Assembly: GCF_000018305.1 (NCBI RefSeq)
Contig: NC_009954.1
Location: 1,800,001 to 1,832,000, forward strand
DNA length: 32,000 nucleotides
Reading direction: 5' to 3'
Source of the DNA: Caldivirga maquilingensis IC-167
GTDB lineage: Archaea > Thermoproteota > Thermoprotei > Thermoproteales > Thermocladiaceae
Shown: piece after piece, positions 26,050 to 32,000 of the stretch
How positions within the stretch are numbered: position 1 is the first letter of the stretch
Layout of the letters: every line of letters starts with the position of its first letter
Notes under the pieces: model-generated
What the model was told of the DNA's origin: nothing
The model's database searches: none
The model's input: the letters and a program-made list of their open reading frames with translations, nothing else
Made by a program: the position numbers and the translations under genes

Positions 26050-26320
26050 ACAGGTAATAGACGCATCAAGGACTAGGGGGATTAAGGTACTGGTGAGGTT
26101 TAGGGGGATTAGGAACTTCATCATGATTGATGGTGAAATTAAGGCGATTAATGTGGATGGTTTAAAGATACCTTGGAGTAGGGCCTTTCAGAAGCCACCA
26201 CAGGTGGTGCTTGATACGTATCCTGTGGAGAGGATAGACGTAATGTGTGGTGATGAAGTGATTGCATCATACGGTAGCTTCAATGAACTGGTTAAATCAT
26301 TGAATAGGCTTGAGTGCTAG
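26027..26320 (+). CDS. Hypothetical 97-aa protein overlapping the endonuclease gene's 3' end
   Basis: ORF with a TTG/GTG start that overlaps the upstream gene by 23 nt. Composition is coding-like. No family recognised. Confidence 0.45.
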   Translation: MVSLRDLEQVIDASRTRGIKVLVRFRGIRNFIMIDGEIKAINVDGLKIPWSRAFQKPPQVVLDTYPVERIDVMCGDEVIASYGSFNELVKSLNRLEC

Positions 26321-26362
26321 TTTAACTAGGGGGTACTGGGTTAATGTATAGTACGGAAACGC

Positions 26363-26370
26363 TTATATAG
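26363..26370 (+). promoter_or_regulatory. TATA box of rps8
   Basis: TTATATAG 23 nt upstream of ATG 26393. Confidence 0.6.
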
Positions 26371-26392
26371 AGGGGACTGGGGCTGAGGACTT

Positions 26393-26785
26393 ATGGTCAT
26401 GCTTGATGTCTTATCCAACGCCTTAATGAGCGTAAAGAACGCGGAGTCCAGGGGTGATAGGCAGGTTATTATTTGGCCATCTTCGAAGCTAATAGGGAAT
26501 GTATTAAGGGTCATGCAGAGGTATGGTTATGTTGGTGAGTTTGAGTACGTGTACGATGGGAGAGGTGGGAAGTATGTTGTTCAACTACTGGGTAGGATAA
26601 ATGATATCGGCGCCATTAAGCCCAGGTTCCATGTTAAGGTTGATGAACTACAGAAGTGGGAGGAGAAGTACCTACCGGCTAGGCAGGTAGGCATATTGAT
26701 ACTAACAACCTCTAAGGGCGTGGTATCTCACCTTGAGGCTAGGGAAAATAGGGTTGGAGGTATTTTAGTGGCTTATGTTTACTGA
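26393..26785 (+). CDS. rps8: 30S ribosomal protein S8 (uS8)
   Basis: [16 protein letters not shown]...[32 protein letters not shown] ttatatag lies 23 nt upstream. Confidence 0.95.
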   Translation: MVMLDVLSNALMSVKNAESRGDRQVIIWPSSKLIGNVLRVMQRYGYVGEFEYVYDGRGGKYVVQLLGRINDIGAIKPRFHVKVDELQKWEEKYLPARQVGILILTTSKGVVSHLEARENRVGGILVAYVY

Positions 26786-27072
26786 TTAATTGAGGCTTCC
26801 TTACTAATACCCACTATTACTAGGTTTGATCCATCATTAGGGCACTTATCCTCCTCAACCTTACCGACATAGTCACCGGGCCTAAATTCCCTAACCTTAA
26901 CATAACCACATGTTGGGCATCTAAGGGTTGCGTATTCACTTATTCTTTGGGTAACCGTCGTCGACATAATGTTCCTCAAGTCCTTTGATACTACGTAAAA
27001 TAACGTTACCGCCACCGCAATGGCTATTATTACCGGGATTACCACTGTGTATAAATCAATGTTAACCAGCAT
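26779..27072 (-). CDS. Small membrane-anchored zinc-ribbon-like protein
   Basis: N-terminal [21 protein letters not shown], then CPTCGY...x22...CPNDG. Lies 6 nt downstream of the preceding gene. Confidence 0.6.
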   Translation of the reverse strand: MLVNIDLYTVVIPVIIAIAVAVTLFYVVSKDLRNIMSTTVTQRISEYATLRCPTCGYVKVREFRPGDYVGKVEEDKCPNDGSNLVIVGISKEASINQ

Positions 27073-27078
27073 TAATGA

Positions 27079-28254
27079 TCACTGAGCTACACCAATAGTA
27101 TTACCAACACCCACTATTATGACTTCATCATTGGGATCGGAGTATGAGTCAATTACCTTACCCAACCTTTCAACAACCTTGTTAACAGCCTCATCAATAG
27201 GCTTAGTCATGGCATTAAGGGCTTCAGGCATGCTCATCTTTATTAAAATAGCGTAAATAGGGGTATCGTACTTAGTTGCAATTGACTCTATGTTAAACTT
27301 CTCAACACCGATACCACCCATTGCTACACCAAGCCCCTCGGCTATTGAACCACTCTCCTCACCCTCCAGTTTTAAGGCGGCATCAATTGTTATCATTAAC
27401 CTTGGCCTAGCATTAATGCTCTCGTAAATGTACCTTATTGCATCATCTAAGTGACCCACTGTTCCACCTGGCCCCTCAGCCTTAACTAAGTATATTTTCC
27501 TACCCTTAAAGTTGCATGAGGCTATGTAAGTATCCTTAATCGAATCACCTATTGGTTCCAGGTTGCTGCACAGGTTTTTGAATCTGAAGACTGTTAATGG
27601 CCCTGCTGAATCACCTATCGGTTGCCCCTTTAGGAAAGCTGGCACTGAGCCGTTTAATGCATCAATCTCCTCCTTTAGTAATGGTAATATTGCAGCTAAT
27701 TGAATGAGCAAGTAGTAGCTCTTATACTTCATAGCTAACCTATAGTAATGATCAATGACCTTGTATATGAAATTCAACTCCCTTAATACATCAACAACAT
27801 TGGTGAAATTCTGAATAATAGGCCTACTATTGCTTATGGAAGGCATAAGCCTTGAAACATCCTTCTCAAGCCTATCATTATAGGAGTTTATAAGTGCCTT
27901 ATACTTCCTAACTAAACCCTCAGGCTCCATACTGGTCGGCTCTATTATGACCATTTCCATTAAATCCCTTATCCTACTCTCTATTAACTTCTTATCCTCA
28001 TTAACCTTACTTGTTATGAAGTCTAGTACCTGCGTGATATTGTTATTCATTGAGACCCTTAACCTATTTAGGAAACCACTGACCTGTGACTGGTATCTCC
28101 ATAGTTGGAACGTTTCATAAAACCATGGGAAGACCCCGAACCAAAGTACTAGGAGGATAATATTATATAGTATGTATTGTTGAGTACTCTGGCTACTCAC
28201 TGGTGTTACTTGAAACACTTGAAGTATGCCTAAGGCAGTTAACGTATGCACCAC
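27079..28254 (-). CDS. Membrane-anchored protein, DUF1512-like (archaeal, unknown function)
   Basis: 391 aa. One N-terminal TM (ILYNIILLVLWFGVFPWFY), a helical middle and an alpha/beta C-terminal domain (EGPGGTVGHLDDA...GLGVAMGGIGVE). The family name is from memory and unverified. Confidence 0.5.
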   Translation of the reverse strand: MVHTLTALGILQVFQVTPVSSQSTQQYILYNIILLVLWFGVFPWFYETFQLWRYQSQVSGFLNRLRVSMNNNITQVLDFITSKVNEDKKLIESRIRDLMEMVIIEPTSMEPEGLVRKYKALINSYNDRLEKDVSRLMPSISNSRPIIQNFTNVVDVLRELNFIYKVIDHYYRLAMKYKSYYLLIQLAAILPLLKEEIDALNGSVPAFLKGQPIGDSAGPLTVFRFKNLCSNLEPIGDSIKDTYIASCNFKGRKIYLVKAEGPGGTVGHLDDAIRYIYESINARPRLMITIDAALKLEGEESGSIAEGLGVAMGGIGVEKFNIESIATKYDTPIYAILIKMSMPEALNAMTKPIDEAVNKVVERLGKVIDSYSDPNDEVIIVGVGNTIGVAQ

Positions 28255-28454
28255 ACCCTAAAGACGTAGTGGGGTAATTAAACGTTTCACAGTGTTTAGG
28301 CAAGCACCCACCATGAATTAAGGATGGGGATTTAGCTTTTCCACTTTAATTAAAACTTTAGGGCATTATTTTTATAGGGTATAAAATTAAACTACAGTGG
28401 TGAAGTAATATTAGGGGGATTAGGAGCACTAAGATAGCTAAGGAGGATTACTTA

Positions 28455-29045
28455 ATGGCCATTAAGGTGTTTAATGACTTCTATGGTGAAGCATCATTAA
28501 CATTAGTAGCTAATGAACTCGGCGTAACCCCTGCCACAGCTCATAAGGTAATAGAGCATTTGGAGAATGAGCATTATGTTGTTAAATTAAGCAGAGGCAT
28601 ATACTCATTAACCAGTAATGGTGATGAAATAGCCAGCAAAATGCTTGCTAAGCACAGGATACTTGAAGTATTCTTAGGTATACTGGGCTTCAACATACTT
28701 GAAGTTCACGTGCATGCTCATGAATTAGAGCACGTTAATGATGTTGTAATTGACCGCATATACAATATGCTTGGTAGACCCATGACGTGCCCCCATGGAA
28801 ACCCAATAATCGGTAAGCCAGAGGGAATGAGATTATCCAAGTCATATCCAGGCAACGTAATTATAACCAGTGTAGCTGAATCGAAAAATGTATTGAATTT
28901 CCTAATTCAACATAAGTTAAGCATTAATGATAGGCTAGCAGTTGTAAGAAGGAGGAAGGGTAATGTAACCATTGAGGTTAATGGTAAGAGAATCATCGTG
29001 GATGAATCCATAGCCTCAGGAATAATAGTGACTGAGGTAAAGTAA
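28455..29045 (+). CDS. Metal-dependent transcriptional repressor, DtxR/MntR family with FeoA/SH3-like C-terminal domain
   Basis: wHTH (LVANELGVTPATAHKVIEHLE), KHRILEVFL, metal-site HAHELEH, C-terminal FeoA-like domain. The N-terminus may extend upstream (see finding). Confidence 0.85.
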   Translation: MAIKVFNDFYGEASLTLVANELGVTPATAHKVIEHLENEHYVVKLSRGIYSLTSNGDEIASKMLAKHRILEVFLGILGFNILEVHVHAHELEHVNDVVIDRIYNMLGRPMTCPHGNPIIGKPEGMRLSKSYPGNVIITSVAESKNVLNFLIQHKLSINDRLAVVRRRKGNVTIEVNGKRIIVDESIASGIIVTEVK

Positions 29046-29106
29046 TTACCTCTGGGTTAAGGTTAATACTAATAAATTAAAATAAATTAAAACCTGGAGG
29101 GGCAAA

Positions 29107-29547
29107 ATGGAATGCATCGGTGAGTTAATTAATGCATTGGAGGGTTTACTTAAATTAATATGTAATGGTGTTGATGCTAATGAAGCATTGAAAATAATTT
29201 TAACCAATATTAAGAATAAGCAGTGCAGTAGCATGGTAAATAATGCCATAAGCAAAGTATTAAGGGGTGAAGTCGATGCCTTAAACGAACCACTACTGAA
29301 TAATTACTTACTTTACTTTAAACCAAATGCAGATAGTAAGCTTAAGGGGGTTTTAACAGTGATACTAAGCATGGTTAATGAAGGCAAGATTAATGAAGCC
29401 TTAGGTTACTTAATGAGTAGTATATGTAATTTACCAGATTATGATAGGGTTTACGCCATTGACTTAGCCAGATTAATAACGCTGGCTAAACATGATAATG
29501 ATATTATTAATTCTGTTAAATGCAGGATTAAGCTAATTCTCTCATGA
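29107..29547 (+). CDS. Hypothetical 146-aa helical protein
   Basis: ATG-initiated ORF 61 nt after the repressor gene. AT-rich. Five Cys. No family recognised. Confidence 0.5.
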   Translation: MECIGELINALEGLLKLICNGVDANEALKIILTNIKNKQCSSMVNNAISKVLRGEVDALNEPLLNNYLLYFKPNADSKLKGVLTVILSMVNEGKINEALGYLMSSICNLPDYDRVYAIDLARLITLAKHDNDIINSVKCRIKLILS

Positions 29548-29548
29548 T

Positions 29549-30460
29549 TCACTTACTTAATTCAGGTGCCTTATTGGCTAGGACTGCGGCAAGAGCATTA
29601 GCCTGGGACTGAGCCTTAGCTAATATGAAGCCTATTGATTCGGCAGTGGGTATATTGGCGTTTATGGCTAGGTTACGTGCCTCAACCACCGCCCTACCTA
29701 TTAGCACGCTTATTGTCTCTGGTATTAGTAATGCAGAGTTGACGGCAAGGTTGAATGCCCATGATGCGGCCTGCTTAAACATGTCCTCATAAGCCTTAAC
29801 ATCTATAGCTAACTCCTCACCCTTAATTATGTACTTAGCATTCAGTAGTACTGCCTTAACCTTAAGTGACTCGTAAACAGGCTTGACGTTAATTAACCTA
29901 AGTAAATCAGCTAACTCAGGGGTAACTGTATCACCAGGCTTAGCAACCTGAGTATCCCTGGCAACCCATATTTTACCATCCCTAATCTGCGTCGGTATCT
30001 TAAGCTTACTGAACCTACTTAACACAGGGCCTGGATTAATACCTGTGTTACCGGCTGGAACAATTATATCAGACTGGAGTACATCACCTGGTTTAGCGTA
30101 TCTTCTAACTGAGTTATCTACAATAATCCTGTAGAGGTCAAATGGATTCTCATTAGTGAATATGAAGCCATTCTCACCGCTCAAGTACTTCTCAATTTCG
30201 GCGTTAACTGAATCACCGTAAATCCTCCTTAAGGCTATTAGGAATAATTTGTTTCTAAAAACCTTAACAACACCATGCCCCCTTAAAACCCTCCTATACT
30301 GGTGAAGCATTGATGCAGGTAACTCCCTTAAGTCAAATATCATTATTACACTATGCTTCTTGATTAATTCCTCAAGCTCCTTAAGAACCTTAACCTTCCA
30401 CTCTGGATACGGCTTAGCCCTAACATACCTCTGCTGCCCAGCTGAAGTACTAGCCATCAT
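29549..30460 (-). CDS. rpl10: 50S ribosomal stalk protein uL10 (acidic ribosomal protein P0), C-terminal tail absent
   Basis: KPYPEWKVKVLKELEELIKKHSVIMIFDLRELPASMLHQYRRVLRG and the P0 body. TATA lies 21 nt upstream. Confidence 0.9.
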   Translation of the reverse strand: MMASTSAGQQRYVRAKPYPEWKVKVLKELEELIKKHSVIMIFDLRELPASMLHQYRRVLRGHGVVKVFRNKLFLIALRRIYGDSVNAEIEKYLSGENGFIFTNENPFDLYRIIVDNSVRRYAKPGDVLQSDIIVPAGNTGINPGPVLSRFSKLKIPTQIRDGKIWVARDTQVAKPGDTVTPELADLLRLINVKPVYESLKVKAVLLNAKYIIKGEELAIDVKAYEDMFKQAASWAFNLAVNSALLIPETISVLIGRAVVEARNLAINANIPTAESIGFILAKAQSQANALAAVLANKAPELSK

Positions 30461-30480
30461 TCACTCTCTGTAAGGATTAT

Positions 30481-30488
30481 TATTAAAA
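30481..30488 (-). promoter_or_regulatory. TATA box of the uL10/P0 gene
   Basis: Minus-strand TTTTAATA 21 nt upstream of ATG 30460. Confidence 0.55.
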
Positions 30489-30586
30489 CTTTACTGCGGC
30501 TTAGGTTAATTAATTCCATTTGATTAAACACGCGCCACTGAATTAATGTTGATTGAGTTGAATGGTAAGCTTAACTTTTATGAAAC

Positions 30587-31255
30587 CTACTGCTGTTGAG
30601 CAACCTCCTGGGTTACTTTAACAGCCTCCATTTCAGGCTTTGCCTCCGGCTTCCTTGGGTATTCAAGAACCTTAATCTTAATGATTTCAACCTTCCTAAG
30701 CGGGTATATCTTCTTGGCTACATTAAATAAATCAACCTGTATCTTACCCATTATTGAATCCCTAACTAATGAATCGAAGTCGGATTCCTGACCCACCTTA
30801 TCTAACCTATCCATTATTGACTTCCTTATCAAATGCTTATGAGTCCTAGTGCATCTATACGTGGTTATGGCTAAAACCTCCATCCTTAATTTCCCACCAT
30901 CCTTAGTGGTTACATCCTTAATAACCATTACCTTACTTGAACCCCTCCTAACAAGATTCCTAACGTAATCCCTCGTTAACTCCATTCCATTAAACTGGGT
31001 TAAAGCCCTACCATCATCAACACCATTAACCCTGAACCTCAACTTAACGTTAATGTGTGATAAATCCTTAGTTAAATCATATAGGGTTGTCTCAACATTC
31101 CTACCCACCGCCTTGGAGGGTTCATCAACTGGAATTTCAACTATAGCCTGACCCCCTAGGAAAGCTGGTGCATAGACTGTTAGCCACTTCTTAAACGCCC
31201 ACTTCCCTAATGGTATCCTCTGCTGCGTAGCCGCTTGCTGGGCTTGAGCCATCAT
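30587..31255 (-). CDS. rps3ae: 30S ribosomal protein S3Ae (eS1)
   Basis: KKWLTVYAPAFLGG..., TTLYDLT, LTRDYVRNLVRRGSSKV. 222 aa. Confidence 0.93.
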   Translation of the reverse strand: MMAQAQQAATQQRIPLGKWAFKKWLTVYAPAFLGGQAIVEIPVDEPSKAVGRNVETTLYDLTKDLSHINVKLRFRVNGVDDGRALTQFNGMELTRDYVRNLVRRGSSKVMVIKDVTTKDGGKLRMEVLAITTYRCTRTHKHLIRKSIMDRLDKVGQESDFDSLVRDSIMGKIQVDLFNVAKKIYPLRKVEIIKIKVLEYPRKPEAKPEMEAVKVTQEVAQQQ

Positions 31256-31274
31256 TTAACCTACATAGTCTTAG

Positions 31275-31282
31275 TTTAAAAA
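31275..31282 (-). promoter_or_regulatory. TATA box of the S3Ae gene
   Basis: Minus-strand TTTTTAAA 20 nt upstream of ATG 31255. Confidence 0.55.
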
Positions 31283-31299
31283 CTTTACCATTAAGCGCA

Positions 31300-31647
31300 T
31301 TACTGCTCCTTCTCAATGGTTATTTTCCCTCCCTGTATCTTAACGTAAACGTACTCGCCAACATCCATCTTCCCACCTAACTCATCCATCTCCTCCTCAG
31401 TTAACATCAACGTCACCCTGGGTATCGGTACTTTTCCACCAATCATTTGACCCAACATTGGTATTGATCTAAAGACATTCTGCATCATTTCCAACATATC
31501 CCTACTTAATCCTGATGATTCACCTGAACTGGCAGCAACTAATCCAGGGTTCTCCCTCTCCTCAACAATATCAATCTTAAACATCTTCCCACCGAAGGGA
31601 TCCATTATCAATGTTTTACTAACCACGTAGCCTTTGAATCCAGCCAT
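31300..31647 (-). CDS. Hypothetical 115-aa protein
   Basis: ATG ORF with its own TATA (aagtatattaag) about 25-38 nt upstream. No family recognised. Confidence 0.55.
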   Translation of the reverse strand: MAGFKGYVVSKTLIMDPFGGKMFKIDIVEERENPGLVAASSGESSGLSRDMLEMMQNVFRSIPMLGQMIGGKVPIPRVTLMLTEEEMDELGGKMDVGEYVYVKIQGGKITIEKEQ

Positions 31648-31703
31648 AATTAAGCAACATTAATTCACTTAATATACTTTCCGCGTAAGGTTTAATCATA
31701 ATT

Positions 31704-32000
31704 TTATGAATTAAGCATTGTCTTAATCATTCTCTTTAATTCCGTTAACTTAGCTCCACCGCTCATTAATACCCTTATTATTAAGTCGCCTAATTCAGGG
31801 TCCTGAACCATTGTTCCTATTGAGTTTCCTAATACGTCTGGATCCATGTAAATCATCTTAACGGTCATTCCACCATCAATAGTGAAGTTAACGCCTGTTA
31901 TCCATGATGCTTCATCTGATACTAGGAAGGCTATGAGGTTAGCTACATCCATTGGGTTACCAACCCTGCCCGCTGGGTGCTGGGCATGGTCAAGGGGGTT
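31704..32000 (-). CDS. Short-chain dehydrogenase/reductase (SDR), 5' part outside the window
   Basis: The frame stays open to the right edge (the upstream in-frame sequence reads ...HPAGRVGNP). SDR C-terminal signature VANLIAFLVSDEASWITGVNFTIDGG. Confidence 0.8.
   Translation of the reverse strand, partial: NPLDHAQHPAGRVGNPMDVANLIAFLVSDEASWITGVNFTIDGGMTVKMIYMDPDVLGNSIGTMVQDPELGDLIIRVLMSGGAKLTELKRMIKTMLNS

Noticed and set aside
28341-28350. 10-bp palindrome TTTAATTAAA in the DtxR / DUF1512-like divergent region as a DtxR operator
   Set aside because: A pure A/T palindrome of this length is expected by chance in AT-rich promoter DNA, its flanks do not extend the symmetry, and it does not resemble known DtxR/MntR boxes.
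29046-29255. 69-aa minus-strand ORF downstream of the P0 gene
   Set aside because: It overlaps the plus-strand 146-aa ORF. It is neither acidic nor P1/L12-like, so it is not the missing stalk protein or tail, and is most likely a shadow frame.

Overview
The window looks like a tightly packed chromosomal segment of a hyperthermophilic crenarchaeon. A Thermoproteales (Caldivirga/Vulcanisaeta-like) origin is my inference from the protein families, from AT-rich TATA boxes about 20-30 nt upstream of start codons (leaderless style) and from scattered ribosomal-protein genes. I support about 35 protein genes. I recognised no rRNA, tRNA, CRISPR array, transposase or integrase. Recognisable housekeeping genes: a COG0433/HerA-like ATPase cut by the left edge, a TGT-fold protein, a CobY-like nucleotidyltransferase, a thioredoxin-CcdA/DsbD fusion, a DUF371-like protein, RNase HII, tetrapyrrole genes (hemA, a sirC-like gene, hemB), moaB, icd, exonuclease III, a PPP phosphatase, proteasome alpha, an aldo/keto reductase, EF-1alpha, a GT4 glycosyltransferase, a non-catalytic tRNA-splicing endonuclease subunit, ribosomal proteins uS8, uL10(P0) and eS1(S3Ae), a DtxR/MntR-type repressor, and an SDR cut by the right edge. 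The stand-out is an AT-rich module of unrecognisable genes at 10.5-15.3 kb. A 134-aa two-helix membrane protein is translationally coupled (ATGA overlap) to a protein of about 1,100 aa. That large protein has six TM helices, a sequon- and Cys-bearing ectodomain, a seventh TM helix and a 580-aa Arg-rich helical cytoplasmic domain. A divergently transcribed 344-aa helical protein shares a repeated L-x-[LM]-[NH]-P motif with it. I flag this as the best candidate for an undescribed membrane-spanning system, but every functional idea about it is inference. Secondary oddities: a Cys-free stand-alone TGT-fold protein, a P0 without the acidic C-terminal tail, a DtxR gene whose conserved N-terminal EDYL helix is encoded upstream of its first ATG, a 365-bp gene-free convergent spacer downstream of tuf, and a DUF1512-like plus membrane zinc-ribbon pair.
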